Below are positions 1 through 8,052 of a stretch of 32,000 nucleotides of DNA, one piece after another. The translations under genes were made by a program, and so were the position numbers. Under the pieces are notes generated by a model. It saw only the letters and a list, made by a program, of their open reading frames with translations. It did not search any database and was not told the DNA's origin. The DNA is from Thermodesulfobacteriota bacterium (GTDB taxonomy: Bacteria > Desulfobacterota > WTBG01 > JAGOGO01), in contig CP113000.1 of NCBI GenBank assembly GCA_026625185.1, forward strand, positions 270,001 to 302,000, read 5' to 3'. Within the stretch, counting starts at the first letter, position 1; each line of letters opens with the position of its first letter.

Positions 1-232
1 CTTTAATGGAACCAGTCAGAAAGGGAAAAGAGAAAAAGAAAACCCTGCAGTGTGTGCTTGCCTTTAATATTAACTTTTAATGAAAACTTAATATCCCCTA
101 CCCCCTAAAATATCCTCTAAATCTAGTTATTTAAATAAAAATAAAGTAGTTAGAAAGATTTTTCTTGATTTTTAAAGTTAAGTTTAATATATTTTAATCT
201 AAGATACTTAACTTTTAAAGGGGCAAAATGTT

Positions 233-862
233 ATGACAATAGAACCCAAAAAAGAAGAACCTAAAAGAGGCAACATAAACCATCCCCCAAAAGGTTCCAT
301 AATCAGGGTTGATCCCATTCGGGAAGAAAAAGACATCAAGGCGATAAGAAAACTTCTTGCCGACAATCCCCGGAACCACCTACTTTTTGTAATGGGGATT
401 AATAATGGTCTGAGGGTGGGGGATTTATTAAAGCTTAAGGTCGGAGATTTACGGGGAATGAAACCCGGAGACTCTATCACTATCAAGGAGGGAAAGACTG
501 GAAAGCAGAATATCCTGGTCATCAACAAGACCGTTCATAAAGTCCTTAGTGAATTCTTATCAAGTGCCAAAGTTGAAGATGATGACTACTTATTTAAAAG
601 CAAAAAAGGCAACCGTGCTTTAACCATCCCAGCAGTCAATGCTCATATAAAGAAGTGGACATCAGTCATTAATCTTAAAGGCAAATTTGGTGCGCATTCC
701 TTAAGGAAGACTTGGGGCTTTATCCAGAGAACTCATTATGGTGTTGGTTTTGAGCTTATCTGTAAGCGGTTCAACCATCAAAGTCCCGCAGTTACTATGC
801 GCTACCTTGGGATTACTGATAAAGAGGTGCAGAATATTTTGACCAATAATGAGATTGGTTAA
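233..862 (+). CDS. Small tyrosine recombinase (catalytic domain only, 209 aa)
   Basis: ATG at 233. The translation shows the tyrosine-recombinase catalytic residues in order: Arg in 'NNGLRVGDLL', 'HSLRKTWG' (H-x-x-R) and Tyr in 'VTMRYLG'. It has no N-terminal core-binding domain, unlike the 394-aa neighbour. Confidence 0.8.
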   Translation: MTIEPKKEEPKRGNINHPPKGSIIRVDPIREEKDIKAIRKLLADNPRNHLLFVMGINNGLRVGDLLKLKVGDLRGMKPGDSITIKEGKTGKQNILVINKTVHKVLSEFLSSAKVEDDDYLFKSKKGNRALTIPAVNAHIKKWTSVINLKGKFGAHSLRKTWGFIQRTHYGVGFELICKRFNHQSPAVTMRYLGITDKEVQNILTNNEIG

Positions 863-880
863 ACAAGGAGGTGAAAAAGA

Positions 881-2065
881 ATGGGCGTAAAAGTTAGGGA
901 AATGAAAAAAGGTGAGTGGTGGATTTTTATTTACCATCACGGAAAACATAAAGCCAAAAAGATAGGTAGGGATAAGAGGGTAGCATTAGAGGTGGCTAAG
1001 AAAATTGAGGCTAAGCTTGCTTTGGGGGAAATGGATTTAGAAAAAATGAAAAAACGTGTTCCGACCTTTAAGCAATTTGTTTATGGTTGGGAAGACCATG
1101 AAGGCATGCATCCGGGCTGGTTACATTCCTTGGCAGAGTTATCATTCAAAAATTCAACGCGGACAGGTTATAAGAATATTTTAAGCCGTCATCTTATTCC
1201 TACCTTTGGAAATAACCCCCTTAATGAGATAAATTCGCGCCTGGTTAGCGATTTTACTTATAGGCTTTTCAATGCGAAGTTAAGAAGCGGATCGGTAAAA
1301 AATATTAAGAACTGTCTCAGTTCTATTTTAAGAAAGGGCACCCAGGACGGCTATCTTGAATCAAATCCAGCGCGAGGTGTAAGTGTGCCAAGACCTGAAG
1401 GTGAGCGTTCATTTAGAGAGCCTTGTCCCTTTACCTGGGAAGAACGAGATCATTTTGAATCTACTTTTAAAGAAAAGTTTCCAAGATATTATCCCCTTGT
1501 TGTTTGTGGGTTTAGAACTGGGCTAAGAATCGGTGAGCTTTTAGGGTTACAATGGGGTGACATTGATTTTTTTAATAAGATTATTCTGGTTCAGAGAAAT
1601 ATTACCTTGGGAAAGATCACAACCCCTAAGACCTTATCCAGTAAAAGGATGGTAAGAATGACAACTAACCTGGTTGAGATTTTGGAAAAGCACCGCCAAA
1701 GGATTATCGAGGAAAAGTTAAGAAAAGGCTGGAAGGAAATGCCGGAGTGGGTTTTTGTCAACCAGATAGGTTCGTTTGTTAATTATGGCAGATTCGTGAA
1801 TCACTACTGGCACCGTATAATAACGCTTTCAGGTTTGAGCCGAAGAACACCGCACGACATGAGACATACTTATGCTACCTTACGATTGAGCAAAGGGGAT
1901 TCACTGGCAGAGGTTAGTAAAGAAATGGGACACGGAAACACGGATTTGACGTATAAAACTTATTATAAATGGTTGCCAAAAGAAAGCAGAACGAACATCG
2001 ATGAATTGGATAAAATTTTTCGACCTATACTTTACTTGGCAGACACTGTCAAAAACAGGTATTAG
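881..2065 (+). CDS. Tyrosine-type site-specific integrase (394 aa)
   Basis: SD AAGGAGGTG lies 7 nt upstream of ATG 881, 18 nt after the preceding stop. It has an N-terminal core-binding-like region plus the catalytic motifs 'RTGLRIGELLGLQWGDI', 'HDMRHTYATL' and 'LTYKTYYKW'. Confidence 0.9.
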   Translation: MGVKVREMKKGEWWIFIYHHGKHKAKKIGRDKRVALEVAKKIEAKLALGEMDLEKMKKRVPTFKQFVYGWEDHEGMHPGWLHSLAELSFKNSTRTGYKNILSRHLIPTFGNNPLNEINSRLVSDFTYRLFNAKLRSGSVKNIKNCLSSILRKGTQDGYLESNPARGVSVPRPEGERSFREPCPFTWEERDHFESTFKEKFPRYYPLVVCGFRTGLRIGELLGLQWGDIDFFNKIILVQRNITLGKITTPKTLSSKRMVRMTTNLVEILEKHRQRIIEEKLRKGWKEMPEWVFVNQIGSFVNYGRFVNHYWHRIITLSGLSRRTPHDMRHTYATLRLSKGDSLAEVSKEMGHGNTDLTYKTYYKWLPKESRTNIDELDKIFRPILYLADTVKNRY

Positions 2066-2111
2066 TCAACGGTATTTGTTTCACCCACTAAGCTAACGCC
2101 TCACTAGCAAT

Positions 2112-2891
2112 TCAAGGAGCAGGTTTGTTGATATTGTCTCGGAGACTTATCATGCTTTGCTGGCTGACTTTTATTAGACCCTGTCCGGGTTGGTCAAGAT
2201 CGATAATTGTCAGGATGACCATAGAGATAATAACTGCCATACTCAGTCTCGAAATTCTAAAATGCCCATTGCCTAAACCACATCCGTAGCCAATCGCCCC
2301 CATGGAAAAGATTGCAATCGTAAAAAGCAGGAGAAAAATACTTTCAGGAACGTGATCCATACCGGCTCTCAGTCGTTTAGAGTGGACGTCGATGACATCG
2401 TTTAGAGATTGGATGAATAGCCCAGTGGGAACCGGCTGGGGAACCTTCTTTCCCACAGCGACTGCTTGCAACCAAAGCTGATCATGTATGGTTTCTGACT
2501 TAGTAATCGCCTCCTTAAGGTGTCCCGGGCGTATTCCTTCCAGCCTGACATCAACATACTGGCGTAACAGCCTGGAGATTTCGGTCTTCTCGGGTTCAGG
2601 GAGAAGCTGTGCCCGCAGATAAGCAGTTCCGATGGCATTGGCCTCTTCAAGAACCATCTGTTTCCGCTCCTCAATACGTATTAACGCCATCGATATGGTA
2701 AATGCCAGGAGAAGACCGAGGAGACCGAGGATAGCGCCTTGCAATGTGGTAGTCTGTGATTTCGTTGATTCGTCAGCGCTTGAGCGTTTGATGTTCCCCA
2801 CACGAAACCCTACTTCAGTGACCAGAAAGAATATGAGGGAGCTGACGATGAAAATCAGCCACTCGTTCTCATAAAGCAATTTGGCCGACAT
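2112..2891 (-). CDS. Multi-pass membrane protein, DUF4239-like, function unknown
   Basis: 259-aa ORF with an ATG start. Two N-terminal hydrophobic helices (WLIFIVSSLIFFLVTEVGF, AILGLLGLLLAFTISMAL) and two C-terminal ones (IFLLLFTIAIFSMGAIGYG, MAVIISMVILTII) flank a soluble helical middle. The DUF4239 assignment is from memory of that family's layout, not from a search. Confidence 0.6.
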   Translation of the reverse strand: MSAKLLYENEWLIFIVSSLIFFLVTEVGFRVGNIKRSSADESTKSQTTTLQGAILGLLGLLLAFTISMALIRIEERKQMVLEEANAIGTAYLRAQLLPEPEKTEISRLLRQYVDVRLEGIRPGHLKEAITKSETIHDQLWLQAVAVGKKVPQPVPTGLFIQSLNDVIDVHSKRLRAGMDHVPESIFLLLFTIAIFSMGAIGYGCGLGNGHFRISRLSMAVIISMVILTIIDLDQPGQGLIKVSQQSMISLRDNINKPAP

Positions 2892-3114
2892 ATTCCCTCC
2901 TTTAGATATCCCACTTCCCTCTCTTTTTTTATTGCATCGATTTTTTGGGAAGTTTAACTTGTCTTTTAAATTTGAGAAAAAGCATACAAAATTTACAATC
3001 TTGGGCAGTATTTGTCAAATGCCAACTCACGAAAGAGTCAAGAACCGACTTGACACTCAAAGTAGGGTCAAGTTCGGTTTAGGTCAGATAAAAAACAAAC
3101 CTATACGAAACTGG

Positions 3115-3151
3115 AAAAGAAAAATGGGTTAACGAAAACCGCTAACCCATT
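3115..3151 (-). terminator. Rho-independent terminator of the tRNA-Gly/tRNA-Cys unit
   Basis: The minus strand reads AATGGGTTA-gcggttttcgt-TAACCCATT followed by TTTCTTTTCC. This is a 9-bp stem (3123-3131/3143-3151) with an 11-nt loop and a T-rich tail, 12 nt after the tRNA-Cys 3' end. Confidence 0.6.
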
Positions 3152-3162
3152 GAAATTACAAG

Positions 3163-3235
3163 AGGCGGCACCCGGATTCGAACCGGGGTATAAAGGTTTT
3201 GCAGACCTCTGCCTTAGCCACTTGGCTATGCCGCC
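3163..3235 (-). tRNA. tRNA-Cys (GCA)
   Basis: Hand-folded cloverleaf. Acceptor GGCGGCA/TGCCGCC; D stem GCC/GGC with an A13-A22 mismatch; anticodon stem GAGGT/ACCTT with loop CTGCAAA; T arm CCCGG-TTCGAAT-CCGGG. U73 discriminator. CCA is not encoded. Confidence 0.9.
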
Positions 3236-3243
3236 TTTAAAAG

Positions 3244-3315
3244 AGCGGGAAACGGGATTTGAACCCGCGACCTCAACCTTGGCAAGGTTGCACTCTACCG
3301 CTGAGTTATTCCCGC
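3244..3315 (-). tRNA. tRNA-Gly (GCC)
   Basis: Hand-folded cloverleaf. Acceptor GCGGGAA/TTCCCGC; D stem ACTC/GAGT; anticodon stem CAACC/GGTTG with loop TTGCCAA; T arm GCGGG-TTCAAAT-CCCGT. CCA is not encoded. It lies 8 nt upstream of tRNA-Cys. Confidence 0.9.
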
Positions 3316-3332
3316 TTTTATTGTAAAATTAA

Positions 3333-3361
3333 ACCTTAAAATAATTTTTTAATCCTGTCAA
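3333..3361 (-). promoter_or_regulatory. Putative sigma70-type promoter for the tRNA pair
   Basis: On the minus strand: TTGACA (3361-3356), 17-nt spacer, TAAGGT (3338-3333). The -10 element ends ~18 nt upstream of the tRNA-Gly 5' end. Motif match only. Confidence 0.3.
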
Positions 3362-3380
3362 CAGAAACTCTCCTTTCCGA

Positions 3381-3452
3381 ATTGCCTCAAATAAAATGTT
3401 ACCCAAAGGGTGCTTAAAAAAGGGGTCGTTGACTCATAAATAAATGTTACCG
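3381..3452. repeat. Left composite IS end (outer copy 3381-3404, inner copy 3428-3452)
   Basis: Outer copy is aTTGCCTCAAATAAAATGTTACCc; inner copy is GTTGaCTCATAAATAAATGTTACCG. The inner-left copy matches the reverse complement of the outer-right copy at 23/25 positions. Confidence 0.75.
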
Positions 3453-3480
3453 CACATCAACTTCCCAAGGATGAATAATT

Positions 3481-4641
3481 ATGAGTCCACGGTCCAAAAA
3501 AGAGTACCAGGAGGCAGTTCATCTGCGGTATAAAAATGCCACACCCGTAGTGAAAAAACCGCTATCCTGGATGAATTCTGTGCTACCTATGGATGTCACC
3601 GCAAACATGCCATCAGAGTCCTCAAAAAGTAAAACGCCTTCCAAAACCAAAGGCAAAAACAAGAGGAAAACCAACTATCTATCAGAATGAGGCTATCTGT
3701 AAATTCCTAAAAGAAATCTGGCTTAAAGCAAATCTGCCCTGCTCAAAACGCCTCAAGGTCATCCTACCGCTGTGGCTTCCCTGATATATTCAGCTTTTCG
3801 GCCAACTCTCCCCGGATGTTACCAATGCCTTACTGAAAATCTCTCCTCCAACAATAGACAGGCTTCTTAGGCCTATCCGGGTACATTATACAAAACGTGG
3901 CCACTCTACCACAAAGCCAGGAACTCTTCTACGAAAACAAATTCCATTAAAACCAACCAATGGGATCAATCCCGTCCCGGATGCCTCGAAGCCGATACCG
4001 TCGCTCTCTGCGGAGAGTCCACCGCAGGAATATATGTTAACACCATCAACTTTGTCGATATCGCCACCGGCTGGACCGAACAGTGAGCCGTCTGGGGAAA
4101 GGGTGAAACCGGCGTTTTAGAGCAAATCAAAAATATCGAAAAAAACCTTCCCTTTCCTATCCTCGGCTTCGATTGCGATAATGGGGGTGAGTTCCTCAAC
4201 TATCACCTCCTTAAACACTTTACCAAAAGAAAACAACCTATCCAGTTTACCAGAAGCAGAGCTTATCACAAAGACGACAATGCTCACATAGAACAGAAAA
4301 ACTGGACTCATATCAGACAGTGGCTCGGTTAGGATCGTTTAGACAACCCCAAGCTCGTATCCCTGCTCAATAACCTCTACGCCAATGAATGGAGGCTTTT
4401 CCAGAACTTCTTCTCCCCCTCTGTCAAACTCATCGCGAAACAAAGAATCGGCTCTAAAACTATCAAACGCCACGACTGCCCTAAAACTCCTTATCAGAGA
4501 ATCATCGATTCTCCTTATATCCACGAATCGGTCAAACGCTCCCTCTCCAATCAACTTCAAAAACTCAACCCTTTTGTGCTAAGAAAAACCATGGACAAAA
4601 AATTGAAAACAATCTTCTCCATAAACAACAATACCCCGTAA
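3481..4641 (+). pseudogene. DDE (rve/integrase-core type) transposase pseudogene
   Basis: The reading frame can be followed through about 3 frameshifts (near 3545, 3625, 3948) and 3 in-frame stops (TGA 3782, TGA 4084, TAG 4330). Stitched translation: MSPRSKKEYQEAVHLRYKNA.. AILDEFCATYGCHRKHAIRVLKK* ..KTRGKPTIYQNE..PCSKRLKVILPLWLP*YIQ.. QWDQSRPGCLEADTVALCG..DIATGWTEQ*AVWGKGE..LGFDCDNGGEFLN..TRSRAYHKDDNAHIEQKNWTHIRQWLG*DRLDNP... The D, D, E triad context is recognisable. IS family (ISNCY- or IS481-like?) not determined. Confidence 0.85.
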
Positions 4642-4707
4642 CTTCTTTTATGAGGCAACGATTCTCTCAAATACTCCTCCTTCGGTAACATTTATTTCTG
4701 AGGCAAC
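4636..4707. repeat. Right composite IS end (inner copy 4636-4660, outer copy 4683-4707)
   Basis: The reverse complement of 4683-4707 is GTTGCCTCAGAAATAAATGTTACCG. The reverse complement of 4636-4660 is cGTTGCCTCATAAAAGAA-GTTACGG, with one 1-nt gap. Confidence 0.7.
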
Positions 4708-5264
4708 TCACTTTCTTCTTTAGGGAGCAGGTTGATTAAATGGGAGAATCGATAGAAATAGACTAAACCTGACCACACGGCCAGAAGCATAGCGAAGAAT
4801 AATAAGACGTTTCCGACCTGATGAAAATTTATGTGAAAATATTCATAATGGAGCAGTAAGAAAAATATGGCAACAACCTGGAAAGCAGTTTTTTTCTTTC
4901 CCAGCGTTTCAGCAGGGATAACTAAGCCCTCGATTGCGGCAATTCCTCTTAAACCGGTAATGGCTATTTCTCGAATTACGATGATGGCTACCACCCAGGC
5001 AGCAACCCCATGAAGGGGAATAAGCATGATTAAACAAGCAGTGATCAAAAGTTTGTCAGCCAGGGGATCAAGGATTTTTCCCAGACGGGTAATGCTGTTT
5101 CTTCTTCGAGCAAAAAAACCATCTAAAAAGTCAGTGAGAGAGGCTATGGCAAAACAGAGGGCAGCAAAAAAACCGGCTGTTTTTCCAGGAAAAAACAACA
5201 GGATGAACAAAACCGGGATAAAAGCAATTCTGCTCAGGGTTAAAATGTTTGGTAAATTTAACAT
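4692..5264 (-). CDS. pgsA: CDP-diacylglycerol--glycerol-3-phosphate 3-phosphatidyltransferase
   Basis: 190 aa. CDP-alcohol phosphatidyltransferase motif 'DFLDGFFARRRNSITRLGKILDPLADK' (D-x2-D-G-x2-A-R...G-x3-D-x3-D) with multiple TM helices. Confidence 0.9.
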   Translation of the reverse strand: MLNLPNILTLSRIAFIPVLFILLFFPGKTAGFFAALCFAIASLTDFLDGFFARRRNSITRLGKILDPLADKLLITACLIMLIPLHGVAAWVVAIIVIREIAITGLRGIAAIEGLVIPAETLGKKKTAFQVVAIFFLLLHYEYFHINFHQVGNVLLFFAMLLAVWSGLVYFYRFSHLINLLPKEESELPQK

Positions 5265-5380
5265 GCTGATTAACCGATGAAAAATGATTTGGTTTTCATG
5301 ACTGCTCGACCCCTGAAAACAATTACTTATTCAATCTCGTCTAAGCGCGTGGGTAACGATATTCACTTCCTGTTAATCAA

Positions 5381-6457
5381 TTAATATTTTACGTGCAACA
5401 AAAGATAGAAACCCAGGATGCCAAAAACAAAATTTGCTGCCCAGGCGGAAATAAGCGGGGACAAAGCCCCTTCCGCCCCGAGGGCATTGCAGATTCCGTA
5501 AAAAAACCAGTATGCCATTCCAATAACACAACTTAATGTTATCCCGACAGCAAACCCGCCATGTTTCCCAATCTTCAGTGCAAAGGGAATCCCAAATAAG
5601 GCAATAAAAAAATTGATGAATGGGCTGGAAAGTTTAGCGTATAAGTCTGCTAAAGATTTAGTGGCATCATATCCCTCCTGAGTGGTTTTTTCAATATATC
5701 CTTTTAATTCGAGATAACTCATCTCTTCTGGTTCTCTGATCTCCTGTTTAAAAGTTTCCGGAGTCTCTTCAAGGGGAAAGGATGTCTCTTTGGTAAAAGA
5801 AACCTTAATAACGTTATTTGCTTCAAACTCTCGAGTGAAAACTTTTTGAAAAACCCATGTGTTTCCTCGCCAGATAGCCTGTTCAGCATCGACTCTTTTG
5901 TAGAGCGCAAAATCATGGTTAAGAAAATACAGGGTAACGCCATAAAGCGTATTCTTACGAGAGGAAAAGTACTTGATATTATAAATAATCTCCTTGCCTC
6001 GAAACCAGATTTGATCCGGATTAAAGATTTTTTTCTTTTCTTTCCCTTTGATACTGCGGGCAATAGCTTTAGCCTTTTGGGTAGCATACGGGGAAACAAG
6101 TTCGTTGCCGAAGAGAGTTACAATGCTGATGCATAAGGCCGCGATAAGAATAGGCGATATCGTCCGTGATAGGCTTACTCCGCTTGACCTTAGAGCGATG
6201 ATCTCGAAATTTCGAGATAGTATACCGATCGTAATAGAAGTAGCAAGGAGTACCGGAATGGGGGTAACCTGAAAAATCGTGGCAAGGTTGTTAAAACAGA
6301 AATACTGCAAGAGCGATTCAAAACTTGGCTTGTATTTTAAAAAATCTCCCAGGCGGTCTGCCAGGTTACCGATAAAATAGAGAACAACTATTACCGCTAA
6401 GCTGAACAAAAAGACTTTGATGAATTCGCGGAGGATGTACCGGGTGATAATCGTCAT
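5381..6457 (-). CDS. lptG: LPS export ABC transporter permease (LptF/LptG family), second gene of the pair
   Basis: 358 aa. Opens with 'ITRYILREFIKVF', has three TM helices, a large periplasmic beta-jellyroll-like insert, then three TM helices. The G versus F assignment rests on gene order only. Confidence 0.8.
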   Translation of the reverse strand: MTIITRYILREFIKVFLFSLAVIVVLYFIGNLADRLGDFLKYKPSFESLLQYFCFNNLATIFQVTPIPVLLATSITIGILSRNFEIIALRSSGVSLSRTISPILIAALCISIVTLFGNELVSPYATQKAKAIARSIKGKEKKKIFNPDQIWFRGKEIIYNIKYFSSRKNTLYGVTLYFLNHDFALYKRVDAEQAIWRGNTWVFQKVFTREFEANNVIKVSFTKETSFPLEETPETFKQEIREPEEMSYLELKGYIEKTTQEGYDATKSLADLYAKLSSPFINFFIALFGIPFALKIGKHGGFAVGITLSCVIGMAYWFFYGICNALGAEGALSPLISAWAANFVFGILGFYLLLHVKY

Positions 6458-6505
6458 GATGAATTTATTTTTCTTTTAAAACAGATAAACGTTAGCGCCA
6501 TCCAT

Positions 6506-7933
6506 TTAGCCAAGGAGATTCTCTAAAATTTTATTCAAGGTTTTGTCGCTAATGCCTCGGATTTTTTTTAGCTCTTCAAGCTCTTTTATGCCTCCCCGGG
6601 CTTCTCGATAGGCAATAATTGCTGCGGCCCTTTTTTCTCCAATGCCCAGCTTTAGCATCAGGACATCTTTGGTAGAGTTATTAATGTCCCACATGAGCGA
6701 GGGAAGGTAGTCGATTTTTAGGGGCTTGGTTCCTTCGGTAATACGTCGAAATGTATTTTTAATTATTTCCAGATACCAGTTGACTTTCTCTAAAATCAAT
6801 ATTGGTGTTTCAGCCTTTATTTTTTTGAAAAGGTAGAAAGAGAGCAAAAGAAAAAATACATTAGGTAACCACATGGCAATCATGGGGTGCACCATACCAA
6901 GACTACCGATACTTTCTCCCAGAGAAAAAAGAATATAATACATGAGTATCACTATTAAACTAATAACAAAACCGTATGCTCTTCCAGCCCGGGGAGAAAA
7001 AATGCCGAGAGGAACTGCTAAAAAGCCAAAGACTAAACAAGCAAAAGGGGTAGAAAACCGGCTGTGTAATTCCACTAACGTATCATAATATTTTGCTTTG
7101 TTGGCCTGTTCTTGGATTGCGAAGCGCCATAATTCTTGAAATGACATTTCTCTTTTCTCTTTTGTCATACTGGTGGGTACGGTAGAGGAGTCTTGGAGGT
7201 TCAGTATAAAATTATACGTTTCAAAATCAATTTTTTGATAACTTTTTTTATTTTGATTCAGACGATGAATGCTGCCGTTTTTTAATTGAAGGGTCATTTC
7301 AAGTTGTTCGGGATTAGGGATTAAATACCCTTCGTTAGCTATTATGGTTGAAGGATCTTCGGCTTGGCGGGTATCCGATACAAGGACTCCTTCTAATTTT
7401 CCATCTCTAGAGTCTATTTGGTTAACATAAAGCGTCAACCCTTCGAAGTCAGAATCGAATATCCTTTCTTTGAGTCCCACTTCAGCTTTGGTTTTCGCAA
7501 CTTCAAACACCAGTTTTTTTAAAGAGTAATTTGCGTTGGGACTTAAATAAAGGGAAAAAAAATTGGACGCAAAAAATGCAATTAACGAAACCATCAGGAT
7601 TGGGCGCAAAATTTGAGAAAGGCTAATACCCGAGGCTTTAAACGCAATAATTTCACCGTCAGTTGACATTCTTCCCAGAGTGGTGAGAATTCCGAGTAAA
7701 AGGCTCATGGGGATAACGAACATGCAAATGGAAGGAAGAAGAAGTCCTAAAAACTTTAAAGTGTCTACGAATCCGAAACCTTTATTTATTACCATTGAAG
7801 TCAGTTTGAAGACTTGACCCATGAGCGCGGTAAAAGTTAAAATGAAGACACATACCCCGAACGCGGTGAGTATGTCATTGAATAGGTAATGATCAATTAT
7901 TTTGATTTTTGGTTTAAATTTGTTTAAAACCAT
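6506..7933 (-). CDS. lptF: LPS export ABC transporter permease LptF-like with a 102-aa C-terminal extension ending in a ComEA-like helix-hairpin-helix domain
   Basis: 475 aa. The first ~373 aa have the LptF/G layout. The tail 'DINNSTKDVLMLKLGIGEKRAAAIIAYREARGGIKELEELKKIRGISDKTLNKILENLL' matches the ComEA HhH pattern (NxNTA..eL..LpGIG...A..Ii.YR...G.f....eL..v.GIg.K). Confidence 0.8.
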   Translation of the reverse strand: MVLNKFKPKIKIIDHYLFNDILTAFGVCVFILTFTALMGQVFKLTSMVINKGFGFVDTLKFLGLLLPSICMFVIPMSLLLGILTTLGRMSTDGEIIAFKASGISLSQILRPILMVSLIAFFASNFFSLYLSPNANYSLKKLVFEVAKTKAEVGLKERIFDSDFEGLTLYVNQIDSRDGKLEGVLVSDTRQAEDPSTIIANEGYLIPNPEQLEMTLQLKNGSIHRLNQNKKSYQKIDFETYNFILNLQDSSTVPTSMTKEKREMSFQELWRFAIQEQANKAKYYDTLVELHSRFSTPFACLVFGFLAVPLGIFSPRAGRAYGFVISLIVILMYYILFSLGESIGSLGMVHPMIAMWLPNVFFLLLSFYLFKKIKAETPILILEKVNWYLEIIKNTFRRITEGTKPLKIDYLPSLMWDINNSTKDVLMLKLGIGEKRAAAIIAYREARGGIKELEELKKIRGISDKTLNKILENLLG

Positions 7934-8008
7934 ATGGGGAGTCAGAAAAAGCGCCTTGGTATTTCTTTTTAAAATTCAATACAATTTTTAAATCTTGTTG
8001 AAAATGAT

Positions 8009-8037
8009 TGTATAGCAGGATAGTGAACATCCGTCAA
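8009..8037 (-). promoter_or_regulatory. Putative sigma70-type promoter for lptF-lptG-pgsA
   Basis: On the minus strand: TTGACG (8037-8032), 17-nt spacer, TATACA (8014-8009). It lies ~75 nt upstream of the lptF ATG and immediately downstream of repeat copy A. Motif match only. Confidence 0.3.
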
Positions 8038-8052
8038 GGAGCTTTACTCCAT

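Larger units (their letters stand above)
3381..4707 (+). mobile_element. Decayed insertion sequence (~1.33 kb) with a DDE transposase pseudogene and bipartite terminal inverted repeats
   Basis: Four copies of a ~25-nt motif (consensus GTTGCCTCAtAAATAAATGTTACCG) flank the transposase remnant. Two sit at the left end and two, inverted, at the right end, with symmetric spacing of 47 and 48 nt. No clear target-site duplication was seen. Confidence 0.75.

Noticed and set aside
208-949. Minus-strand ORFs 208-528 and 701-949, antisense to the small recombinase
   Set aside because: They are shadow ORFs opposite a CDS with clear catalytic motifs. They have no RBS or recognisable motifs, and their hydrophobic, low-complexity translations are typical of antisense frames.
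2881-3132. 83-aa plus-strand ORF in the spacer between the DUF4239-like gene and tRNA-Cys
   Set aside because: It has a TTG start and no SD. Its 3' end runs through the tRNA terminator hairpin, and its composition looks like AT-rich intergenic sequence.
3966-4582. Several 64-77-aa ORFs on both strands inside the IS
   Set aside because: They are alternative or antisense frames of the decayed transposase. The stitched DDE reading frame explains this region.
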